Assembly: GCA_050250895.1 (NCBI GenBank)
Contig: JBFWNU010000001.1
Coordinates: forward strand, 1,160,008 to 1,224,007
Source: Vulcanimicrobiota bacterium
Lineage (GTDB): Bacteria; Vulcanimicrobiota; Xenobia; Xenobiales; JADMJV01
Direction: 5' to 3'
DNA length: 64,000 nt
The position numbers and the translations under genes were made by a program. Below, piece after piece: positions 10,905 to 19,521 of the stretch (position 1 is its first letter; each line of letters starts with the position of its first letter). Under the pieces are notes generated by a model, which searched no databases, had not been told where the DNA came from, and saw only the letters and a program-made list of their open reading frames with translations.

Positions 10905-11924
10905 CTAGTAGATTCTCCGGGTTTGCAGATAGGTCGAGCCCAGGAAGGCCGCGCCGATCAGTCCGTAAAGCATCCCCGTGAAGACCAGGTTCCAAAGCGC
11001 TCGGCGCTGCGACTCTTCGCGCGGGATGGCGTAGCGAAGCTCGAGCATCAACTCTCGGTCCACTGCCTCCAGGCCCCGTTCTTGTTTGGCCTGGCGCAAC
11101 TCGGGCCCGAGCAACTCGTCGGCCGGCAGCCGCTCGGTCAGGCGCTTGAGGGCCACGCCCGGGCTATAGGCGCTCAGGCGCAGGGGATAGTCGAGATGAT
11201 GCGAGACGACCCCCAGCATCACCGTCATTACGGCGAACAGGCCCACTGCTCGCAACGACTGGGCGCGGCTGCGCGAGCGCAGCAGATACATAAACAGGCA
11301 AAAGCCCAGAATGCCAGACCAGCATGGTTTGGCCCACTCCACCGCCGGCACCGCCAGCAGCAGTCCGAGGGTGCTCCACCAGGCCGCCGAAGCGGCTCGC
11401 TCAGGCTTGGAAATCAACATGCCCAGCCACATTCCGCAACAGCCAGCCAAGAGGCCGGACAATCCCACGAACAAGTTGACGACCAGGATGATCGACGGCG
11501 GGACACCGCCCCACCACCCATAGGTCAGCAAGCTGATGGGCAGGAAGGCCAACAATTCGAGCCACATCGGCAACAGGACGGCCAGCAGTTTGGCGAGCAC
11601 CGCCCAGGCCAGTGAGTGAGGCGTCGAGCGCAGCACGGCGATGGTGTTCTGGCGCACGTCGTAGGCCATCGAGACGGCGCTATAGACGGCCGCTCGAAAG
11701 CAGATCATCAAGGCGTGAATCGTGGCCAGGAAGCAGAGGAAGGCGAGGTAACCCTGAGAGTCGACCTTATGGACCTCCCACTGTAGGAAGAGAACCAGAA
11801 AAGTGACCAGCAAAAACCAGAATGGTCCAGGGTAGCTCCAACTACGTTTGGGATAACGGCGTTTGGCCAGGCTCCACAGCTCACGCCGTAGCAAGGGGTC
11901 GTTGAATAGGCGTCGGAATTTCAC
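10905..11924 (-). CDS. Multi-pass membrane protein, ABC-2 permease-like
   Basis: N-terminal DPLLRREL, S-M-A-Y-D...T...LRSTP...VLAKLLA pattern and several TM helices, typical of ABC-2-type permeases. Confidence 0.65.
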   Translation of the reverse strand: MKFRRLFNDPLLRRELWSLAKRRYPKRSWSYPGPFWFLLVTFLVLFLQWEVHKVDSQGYLAFLCFLATIHALMICFRAAVYSAVSMAYDVRQNTIAVLRSTPHSLAWAVLAKLLAVLLPMWLELLAFLPISLLTYGWWGGVPPSIILVVNLFVGLSGLLAGCCGMWLGMLISKPERAASAAWWSTLGLLLAVPAVEWAKPCWSGILGFCLFMYLLRSRSRAQSLRAVGLFAVMTVMLGVVSHHLDYPLRLSAYSPGVALKRLTERLPADELLGPELRQAKQERGLEAVDRELMLELRYAIPREESQRRALWNLVFTGMLYGLIGAAFLGSTYLQTRRIY

Positions 11925-12036
11925 GAACGCTTCACCTTCTGATCCAATCCTCCAATGGGTCCATTATAGCCGATGGGGGCTAATGCATGAACCATGTTGG
12001 CGATCTTTTGCGTTCGACCTTCGTCAGGCCCGGGAT

Positions 12037-12618
12037 TTACAAAGGCTGCCAGACGTCCACGCGCAGCTCACTCTCAGAGGCGCGATAGTCCCAACTGTGA
12101 GTAGTGCCATCTTCCCAGGTGACTTCGACTCGATAGTAGGCCCCCTGGACGGCCTGAGGCAGCAGGGTTTCTACCTCATAGAGTTTGCCGGGGTTGTAGC
12201 TCATTTCGCTCTGGTGATAGCTGTCGTTGCTGCGGCCGTAGATCTGGACGGTTTCTACCGGCACATAGCACTGATTGTAATGATCGTAATAGCGGTGCGC
12301 CACCACCCGCACGCCGGGGTCGGGCTGCCGGCGGCTACGCGAGGGCCGGTAGAGGTTGCCGACGATTTGCTGGGTTTGCTGCTCGGCTCGGACCAGCTCG
12401 GTCTGACGTTGACGCTGCCAGGGGAGCACTTTGGGAGCGGTCGGCTGGCTGAGCGCGGGGGCCGGGGCCGGTTCGGGAAGGGCCAGGCTCACAGGCTTGA
12501 CCGAAGGGCGTCCGAGGTTGATGGTCGTCCAATCCAGGGTGTAGTCCGAGCCGTCGCCCAGAGCAGGCCAGGACAGAGAGACGAACAGGGCAACCACGAG
12601 CAAATTGAGTTTTGACAT
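12037..12618 (-). CDS. Secreted hypothetical protein
   Basis: Signal peptide MSKLNLLVVALFVSLSWPALG; Pro-rich linker; beta-rich C-terminus. Confidence 0.7.
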   Translation of the reverse strand: MSKLNLLVVALFVSLSWPALGDGSDYTLDWTTINLGRPSVKPVSLALPEPAPAPALSQPTAPKVLPWQRQRQTELVRAEQQTQQIVGNLYRPSRSRRQPDPGVRVVAHRYYDHYNQCYVPVETVQIYGRSNDSYHQSEMSYNPGKLYEVETLLPQAVQGAYYRVEVTWEDGTTHSWDYRASESELRVDVWQPL

Positions 12619-12767
12619 GCACTCAATTTAACGAGGCACCCAGAAAAAAGTTTGAAAGCTTACATGATGGTGGTAGATTGATTGGTTGCTTTGACCTGGG
12701 GGACGCGCCTTCGGGATCCGAAAATGGCGAGCTACCTGGAAGGAGCCGAGCAGCGGGCGAGAAAGTT

Positions 12768-13751
12768 ATGCAGATGAGCAGCGAAGAGCTGACCCTTCAG
12801 TCTCCACTTCACGACAAGGATTTTGCTCCCGGTACCCGGGTCTTGATCGCCGAAGACGATCCCATCACCCGCATGATGCTGGGGGCGACCCTGTCCAGCT
12901 GGGGCGTGGAGACGATTCAAGTCGGGGACGGCGACGAGGCACTCAAGGTCATGCAGTCGGAAGACCCGCCAAGACTGGCCTTGCTCGACTGGATCATGCC
13001 CGGCAAAGACGGTCCTCAGGTCTGCAAAGAGCTGCGGACGGGCGCTCCCGAACCTTACATCTACACCATCTTGTTGACCTCGATGGACCGCAAGGAAGAC
13101 CTCATCACCGGGCTCGAGAGTGGGGCTGACGACTATCTCATCAAACCTTACGATCCCAGCGAATTGCGGGTTCGGCTCAAGGCCGGGGAACGTATCGTGC
13201 GTCTTCAGGCAGAACTGATCTCCGCTCGCGAAGCCTTGCGGATCCAGGCGACTCGCGACTCGCTAACGGGGCTGTTGAACCGGCGGGCCATGCACGACTC
13301 TTTCGAAGAGCAGCTTTCCCGGGCTCGCCGAAAGTCCGAGTTCGTCTCGGTCTTGCTGGTCGATATCGACCACTTCAAGCGGATCAACGATACCTACGGA
13401 CATGACGCCGGCGACACCGTGCTGGTCGAGGTCTCGCAGCGAATGAACAACTCGATCCGCAAGTACGACATCCTTAGCCGGCACGGGGGCGAAGAATTCT
13501 TGCTGCTTTTTCCCGAGTGCAACGTCGAGCAGGGCCAGGCGATCGCTCAGAAACTGCGCGAGGTCGTTCGCGGCAAGTCGGTCTCGCTGGACAATGGCAC
13601 TACCCTCGAAGTGACCGCCAGTATGGGCTTGTTGACGCTTGTTCCCGGCGAAGAACACACCCAATCGCTGCTGGTCAATGCGGCCGACGAGGCTCTCTAT
13701 GAGGCCAAGCAAACGGGTCGGGATCGAGTGGTTCATCGGACTTCTGTCTGA
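12768..13751 (+). CDS. Response regulator diguanylate cyclase (REC-GGDEF)
   Basis: REC motifs AEDD, LLDWIMP and KP; DSLTGLLNRR, DIDHFKRINDTYGH and GGEEF; I-site RKYD. Confidence 0.93.
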   Translation: MQMSSEELTLQSPLHDKDFAPGTRVLIAEDDPITRMMLGATLSSWGVETIQVGDGDEALKVMQSEDPPRLALLDWIMPGKDGPQVCKELRTGAPEPYIYTILLTSMDRKEDLITGLESGADDYLIKPYDPSELRVRLKAGERIVRLQAELISAREALRIQATRDSLTGLLNRRAMHDSFEEQLSRARRKSEFVSVLLVDIDHFKRINDTYGHDAGDTVLVEVSQRMNNSIRKYDILSRHGGEEFLLLFPECNVEQGQAIAQKLREVVRGKSVSLDNGTTLEVTASMGLLTLVPGEEHTQSLLVNAADEALYEAKQTGRDRVVHRTSV

Positions 13752-13759
13752 ATCAGTCT

Positions 13760-16700
13760 ATGATGTCTGAGACTTACAGTCTCCCAAGTCGCTTTCAAGT
13801 CCAGGCCGAGTTGGGCCGGGGCGGGATGGGCGTAGTGCTCAAAGCCCAGGACACGGCCTATGGAAGGCCGGTGGCCATCAAGATTCTGGCTGGTTCGTTG
13901 TTAGAAGAGTCTTTGGTCTTGCGTTTTCGACGCGAGGCTTCCGACCTGGCCGAACTCTCTCACCCCAATGTGGTTCACAGCTATGAGTTCGGCCACTTCG
14001 AAGGGCGGGAGTACCTGGTCATGGAGTATGTCGATGGCGGCAACCTCTATGACTTCATCGGTCGCACTGACGGCCTGGACCAGATTCTCGAGGCGTTTGT
14101 CAGCATCTGTGAGGGCCTCGAGCATATCCACTCGCAGGGCATCGTGCACCGTGACCTCAAGCCCGAGAACATCCTCTTCACGCGCAGCGGCCAGGCCAAA
14201 ATCACCGACTTCGGTATCGCTCGTCGGGTCGAGTCCGATACCAAGTTGACCCAGGCTGGCACCATTCTGGGCACGAGTTTCTATGTAGCTCCTGAGCAGA
14301 TCATCTCGTCGAGCCGGGTCACGCCCGAGGCCGATCTCTACGCTCTGGGCATCTGTCTTTTCGAGGCCGTGACCGGTCAATTGCCTTTTGACGGCGAGAC
14401 AGAATACGCTCTGTTGCAGGCTCACCTCAAGACTCCCGCTCCCCTGGCTTCCAGCATTCGGCCTGACATCCCCGAGGCTCTCGACACGCTCATTTCGCGA
14501 TTGCTGGCCAAGAAGCCCGACCAACGCCCCGGTTCGGCACGCAAGGTGCGCTCGATGTTGCGGGCCAGCCTCGAGATGGGACTGGTCAAGCGGGACACAT
14601 CCAGTCAGAAATCCATCACGGCTGTGGGCGAGGCTGCCCGCGAAGGCCTGATCACCTTCGATGCCAAGGGCAACGTCGAGTCGGTCAACCCCACCATTGC
14701 CAAGATCCTGGGGCGTCCCAGCGAGGCGCTGTTCGGGGCCGCCATCACCGATCTCATCCCGTCGATGGAAGCTATTCTCAATCAAAGCCACGACGAGTTG
14801 CTGGGTTCAGCCTTTCGGGTGGAAGCCGTCCGCCGGGTCGAAGAGAGGATCTCGCTGGAGGTCAGTGTTTCCTTCCTCGAGAGCTCGCAGGGGCGCCAAT
14901 ACACCGCTACCGTGCGCGAGGTAGCGCGCCCGCAGGAGCAAGAGGAACAGGGTACCCAGGGCCAGAGCTCGCTGGATTTTCTGGCGAACCTCAGCCACGA
15001 GGTGTGGACCCCGATGAACGGGATCATCGGCATGAGCAGGCTGGCGCTGGGTACCGACCTGAGCGCCACTCAGCGCGAGTATCTGACCGCCGTCTCCAGT
15101 TCGGCCGAGGTGCTTCAGGATGTGCTCAACGGGATCTTCGACTACAGCAAATTGCAGGCTGGAGCCCTCGATTTCGAGCCCGTCGCCTTCGATCTTCGGG
15201 CTTTCCTCGATTCGATTCTCAAGCCGTTCATGGTCCAGGCCAGCGCCAAAGGCCTTCAACTGAATTGCAATGTCGAGTCGTTGGTGCCCGATATGGTGGT
15301 CAACGACCCCCAACGCCTGCGTCAGGTGTTACGCAACCTGGTGGACAACGCCATCAAATTCACCGACCGCGGCGGAGTGACCGTGCTGGTGGCCCGTGAG
15401 TCCGGGGATAATAAGGTCGCCGTGCTTCGTTTTGTGGTCTCTGACACCGGCTGCGGTCTGACCGAAGACGAGCAAAAGCGAATCTTCAAACCGTTCTACC
15501 AGGCCGACACTTCCATCTCCCGCTCCTACGGGGGCGTCGGTCTGGGTCTGGCGGTCGTTCACGGTATCGTGCGCATGATGAACGGCCGGGTTTGGGTCGA
15601 CAGCCAGCCGGGCCGGGGCAGCAGTTTTCAATGCACAGCCCAGTTCGGGGTGGCCCCGTCGCTCGATACCGACAAGGGCTCGCCCACTACCAGCTTCAAG
15701 GATGTGCGCGTGCTGGTGGCCGACGCTTCTGGTCACCGGGGCCGTTTGAGCGAGACCCTGGCAGGCTGGGGGATGATGCCCACCGTGGTCGAGAGCGAGC
15801 GGGCCGCGTTGTCGGTGCTGGATCGGGCCGTGCTCAAGAACGAGAGTTTCAGTCTGGTGCTCACCGACGCTCACTCTCCTCAGCTGGATGGTTTCCGATT
15901 GGCCCACAAGCTGCGCTCCAATCCGGCTCTGCGCGGGCTCTCTATCATCGTGATGGCTTCGACCACGCGCAAGGGCGACGCGGCTCGCTGTCAAGAATTG
16001 GGTGTCGACGCTTTGATCCACAAGCCGCTCAAGCCCTCCGAGCTATGGGAGACGGTGCTTCGCGTGTTGCGTAAGTCGCCCCAAACCGGCTCGACTAAGG
16101 TCGGACCACTACGCATTTTGTTGGCCGAAGACAACCCCATCAACCAGCGTCTGGCCACGGTGCTGCTCGAAAGCAAAGGTCACTCGGTGACCGTGGCCGA
16201 GAACGGTCTGGAAGTTCTCGAGGCCATCGAATGCGACGACTATAGCCTGATTTTGATGGATGTGCAGATGCCCGAGCTCGACGGCATCGCCACCACCGAG
16301 CATATTCGCCAGCGGGAGCGCCAGTTGGGCGGTCACATCCCGATTATTGCCCTGACCGCCCATGCCCTCAAGGGTTATCCCGAACGCTGCCTGGCGGCCG
16401 GCATGGATGCCTATCTTCCCAAACCGCTTGACGAGAACGATCTGCTCACCACCATCGCTCGGGTGGTAACTCAGGAATATACCGAGCCGAGTCGCCCCGA
16501 CCGCACTACCGTACTGCTGGCCAATCCTCACCTGGTGCTGGATCAGGCCACGCTGCTGCAACGGGTGGGTGGCAACTCTCAGCATCTTTGCATGCTGATC
16601 GACATGTTCATGGAACTGCATCAGCAGCAGTTGGCCGCCATTGAGAAGGCTATCGCCGATGCCGACCCCGGAGCCTTGCAGCGCGCCGCCCACACCTTCA

Positions 16701-16879
16701 AAGGCTCGGTCGCCAACTTCAGTGCCCACGCCGCCGCCGAGACCGCCGAGGAGCTGGTGGTGCTGGGACGCGACGGCAAGATTGGCGGGGCTCGCGAAGC
16801 CTTCAAGAAGCTGCAGGACGAGACCGACAAGCTCACCAAATTGTTGGCCGCCCTGCGTCGACAACACGGTGGAGCCTGA
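13760..16879 (+). CDS. Ser/Thr kinase-PAS-histidine kinase-REC-REC-HPt fusion protein
   Basis: LGRGGMG, VAIK, HRDLKPEN, DFG, APE; a PAS-like segment; SHEVWTPMNG; NLVDNAIKFT, DTGCG, GGVGLGL; two REC domains; HPt AHTFKGS. Confidence 0.93.
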   Translation: MMSETYSLPSRFQVQAELGRGGMGVVLKAQDTAYGRPVAIKILAGSLLEESLVLRFRREASDLAELSHPNVVHSYEFGHFEGREYLVMEYVDGGNLYDFIGRTDGLDQILEAFVSICEGLEHIHSQGIVHRDLKPENILFTRSGQAKITDFGIARRVESDTKLTQAGTILGTSFYVAPEQIISSSRVTPEADLYALGICLFEAVTGQLPFDGETEYALLQAHLKTPAPLASSIRPDIPEALDTLISRLLAKKPDQRPGSARKVRSMLRASLEMGLVKRDTSSQKSITAVGEAAREGLITFDAKGNVESVNPTIAKILGRPSEALFGAAITDLIPSMEAILNQSHDELLGSAFRVEAVRRVEERISLEVSVSFLESSQGRQYTATVREVARPQEQEEQGTQGQSSLDFLANLSHEVWTPMNGIIGMSRLALGTDLSATQREYLTAVSSSAEVLQDVLNGIFDYSKLQAGALDFEPVAFDLRAFLDSILKPFMVQASAKGLQLNCNVESLVPDMVVNDPQRLRQVLRNLVDNAIKFTDRGGVTVLVARESGDNKVAVLRFVVSDTGCGLTEDEQKRIFKPFYQADTSISRSYGGVGLGLAVVHGIVRMMNGRVWVDSQPGRGSSFQCTAQFGVAPSLDTDKGSPTTSFKDVRVLVADASGHRGRLSETLAGWGMMPTVVESERAALSVLDRAVLKNESFSLVLTDAHSPQLDGFRLAHKLRSNPALRGLSIIVMASTTRKGDAARCQELGVDALIHKPLKPSELWETVLRVLRKSPQTGSTKVGPLRILLAEDNPINQRLATVLLESKGHSVTVAENGLEVLEAIECDDYSLILMDVQMPELDGIATTEHIRQRERQLGGHIPIIALTAHALKGYPERCLAAGMDAYLPKPLDENDLLTTIARVVTQEYTEPSRPDRTTVLLANPHLVLDQATLLQRVGGNSQHLCMLIDMFMELHQQQLAAIEKAIADADPGALQRAAHTFKGSVANFSAHAAAETAEELVVLGRDGKIGGAREAFKKLQDETDKLTKLLAALRRQHGGA

Positions 16880-19490
16880 ACGCCTCGTCCTCGAGACGGT
16901 TCGCGAGCTGGCGCAAGAGATCGGAGTTGGTGACGGCCAACCCTCTCTTTCCAGCCACCTGGAGAGTGAGCTGGGTATCGGCAGTCTCGAGCGGGTCGAG
17001 CTGCTTGTTCGCCTGGAGCGGGCCGGGGGTCGCACTCTGGCCGAAGAAGGCGTGGTCAAAGCCGAGAGAGTGCTGGACCTGGTGGCTCTGTTCGCGCTTC
17101 CTCAGGCCCGGGCTCCCCACCGAGGAGGCCTGCAACTGGAGTTGGCCCCCGGTCCGCCAGCCCAGGCCGAGGATCTTCTCTCTATCTTGCTGGGGCAGGC
17201 CGAGCGGTTGGGTAACAGTCCCCGCGCTTTTTTTCTCGAGCGGGGTCGGGTTCAGGCCCAGCTGACCCCCGCCGAGTTATTCGAACGCGCCCGCTGTGTG
17301 GCCACCGGCCTCCACCTGCGTGGGGTGGCGGCCAGCCACCGGGTAGCTATCATGCTGGGCACCGGTCCAGACTTCTATTCGGCATTTTTCGGAACAGTGT
17401 GGGCCGGAGGAGTACCGGTGCCGTTGGAGCCTCCCACTCGCATCGACCAGGCCGAGGATTATGTGGCGCGTCAGGGAAGGATACTCGCCGATTGCGGCGC
17501 CAGGGTGCTGGTGGTGCAGCCAGAGTTGGCTCGTCTGGCCCAGGTGCTGCGTCCCAGCGCTCCCCAGTTGCGACACCTGGTGACCGTGGCCCAGCTCGAG
17601 CACGAGGCTCCCGCCCGCGAGCGCCGAGCCGATCCTTCCGAAGTGGCGCTGGTACAATACACTTCCGGCAGCACCGGCTCGCCCAAGGGAGTCCTCTTGA
17701 CCCATGCCAACCTGATCGCCAACATGAGGACCATCGCAGCCGGTCTCGCTCTGGGCTCCGACGACCTGGTGGTGAGCTGGCTGCCGCTCTATCACGACCT
17801 CGGTTTGATCGGCAAACTGTTGACCAGCTTCTACTGGGGCTTGCCGCTGGTGCTGATGGGGCCAGAGCAGTTTCTGGCCCGACCGGCTCGCTGGTTGCAG
17901 GCCATCTCGGACTTTGGGGGCACCCTCTCGGCCGCCCCCAACTTTGCTTACGAACTCTGCACCCGAAAGCTGAGCGACCAGGAAGTGAGCCAGCTCGACC
18001 TTTCCCGTTGGCGGTTGGCTATCAACGGGGGCGAGCCGATTCGCGCCCAGACGGTCGAGGCTTTCTGCCGCCGATTTTCGGGCTGCGGTTTTGAACCTGG
18101 CGCGGTCTTGCCGGCTTACGGGTTGGCCGAGGCCACTCTGGCGGTAAGCTTTTCCCGGCCAGGAGCGGGTCTCAAGACGCATCAGGGCCTGGTTAGTTGT
18201 GGTCCGGCCGGGCCCGGGGTCGAGCTCAAACTTCAAGAGGGTCGGATCCTGGTCCAGGGCTCTTCGGTCACCCAGGGCTATCAGGGTCGTCCCCCTCGGC
18301 AGGGGTGGTTCGACACCGGCGATCTGGGCTACTTGCACGAGGGCGAGCTCTATCCGGCTGGTCGCGCCAGCGATGTGATCGAGCGAGCCGGACGAACTCT
18401 TTTTCCCCAAGACGTCGAGTGCTTGCTCGACCAGCTCAGCGGGCTGCGCCCTGGCTGTTCGGTCGCTCTGGCCCTCGAGGGCGATCAGTTGGCGGTGGTG
18501 GCGGAGGCGCGTCCCGGCCAGGCTGAGGAGGCCTTGCGAGCCGAGATTGTCCAGGCCCTGATGGACGGTCTGGGGGTGCCCCCAGACCGTCTTGAACTGG
18601 TCCCTCCCCGGTCGGTGCCCAGGACCCCCAGCGGCAAGGTGCGCCGGGGCGAGACGCGCCAACGTCTGCTAGACGGTAGTCTGGGCCGGGCCGACCCCTG
18701 GTTGGTGCAGCTCTCGAGGGTGTTGCTGGCCGGCAGCGGATTCTGGTTGCGCCGCGGTCTGGCTAGGGGCGGCACGCGTTTGCGCTCGATTCGCATGCTA
18801 GCCAATCTGGGTTTATGCACGCTGCCCATTCTGGCTACACTGGCCTTGCGGCCGGCCTCGACCTCGTCGGTGCTGGCCCGGGCAGGTCGACTCTTTTTCG
18901 GTCTGTGTGGGTTGAAGCTGAAGGAAGAGGGCGATCCGCCCGCCCGAGGTCCATTGATGGTGGTGGCCAACCATGCCAGCTTGCTGGACCCCCTGGTCAT
19001 GCTCAGTCTCTGGACGGGGCCTCCGCTGTGCTGCGTCATCGCCCGTTCGGTGGCCCGCAACCCGCTGGTCAAATACTTCCTCTCGCGCACCCGTCACATC
19101 GTGGTGCGACGCGGCGGAGACGGTGCCACCCTGGCCGTCGAGGCCATGCAACAGGCCCTCGACGAAGGGCTGTGCGTGCTGGTCTTTCCCGAGGGTGGCG
19201 TCGAGGCGGCCCCGGGCGTTCGCACCTTCGCCACCGGGGCTTTCAGAGCCGCGGCCGCGGCCGCGGCGCCAGTTTTGCCGGTGGCCCTGCTGGGCACTCG
19301 CCAGGCGCTGGCGCCGGGTTCGCTGGCTCTGATTCCGGGCACGGTCATCACGGCCAGCTACGGCCCTCTATTACATCCCCATGCCTCGGGCTGGGAGGGA
19401 GCCGTCGAGTTGACGCGCCAGGCCCGCGACTGGATTGCCGCGACAACCGGCGAACCCCTGGTGGATCGTCGCCTGGCTCGCCAGGACTAG
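16869..19490 (+). CDS. ACP + fatty acyl-AMP ligase + PlsC-type acyltransferase fusion
   Basis: Start reassigned to GTG 16869, overlapping the kinase stop. ACP-like LGIGSLERVELL; adenylation motifs QYTSGSTGSPKG, SWLPLYHDLGLIG, YGLAEATL, TGDLG, RTPSGK; acyltransferase NHASLLD and FPEG. Confidence 0.88.
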   Translation: MEPERLVLETVRELAQEIGVGDGQPSLSSHLESELGIGSLERVELLVRLERAGGRTLAEEGVVKAERVLDLVALFALPQARAPHRGGLQLELAPGPPAQAEDLLSILLGQAERLGNSPRAFFLERGRVQAQLTPAELFERARCVATGLHLRGVAASHRVAIMLGTGPDFYSAFFGTVWAGGVPVPLEPPTRIDQAEDYVARQGRILADCGARVLVVQPELARLAQVLRPSAPQLRHLVTVAQLEHEAPARERRADPSEVALVQYTSGSTGSPKGVLLTHANLIANMRTIAAGLALGSDDLVVSWLPLYHDLGLIGKLLTSFYWGLPLVLMGPEQFLARPARWLQAISDFGGTLSAAPNFAYELCTRKLSDQEVSQLDLSRWRLAINGGEPIRAQTVEAFCRRFSGCGFEPGAVLPAYGLAEATLAVSFSRPGAGLKTHQGLVSCGPAGPGVELKLQEGRILVQGSSVTQGYQGRPPRQGWFDTGDLGYLHEGELYPAGRASDVIERAGRTLFPQDVECLLDQLSGLRPGCSVALALEGDQLAVVAEARPGQAEEALRAEIVQALMDGLGVPPDRLELVPPRSVPRTPSGKVRRGETRQRLLDGSLGRADPWLVQLSRVLLAGSGFWLRRGLARGGTRLRSIRMLANLGLCTLPILATLALRPASTSSVLARAGRLFFGLCGLKLKEEGDPPARGPLMVVANHASLLDPLVMLSLWTGPPLCCVIARSVARNPLVKYFLSRTRHIVVRRGGDGATLAVEAMQQALDEGLCVLVFPEGGVEAAPGVRTFATGAFRAAAAAAAPVLPVALLGTRQALAPGSLALIPGTVITASYGPLLHPHASGWEGAVELTRQARDWIAATTGEPLVDRRLARQD

Positions 19491-19521
19491 GACCTGGCGA
19501 ACCGCGAACCGGGCTCAGGCT

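Noticed and set aside
16641-16868. N-terminal extensions in ORF-track calls (16641, also 8794, 35036, 43667, 60984)
   Set aside because: They overlap upstream genes or promoters and translate as low-complexity sequence; downstream starts coupled to stop codons or RBSs fit better.
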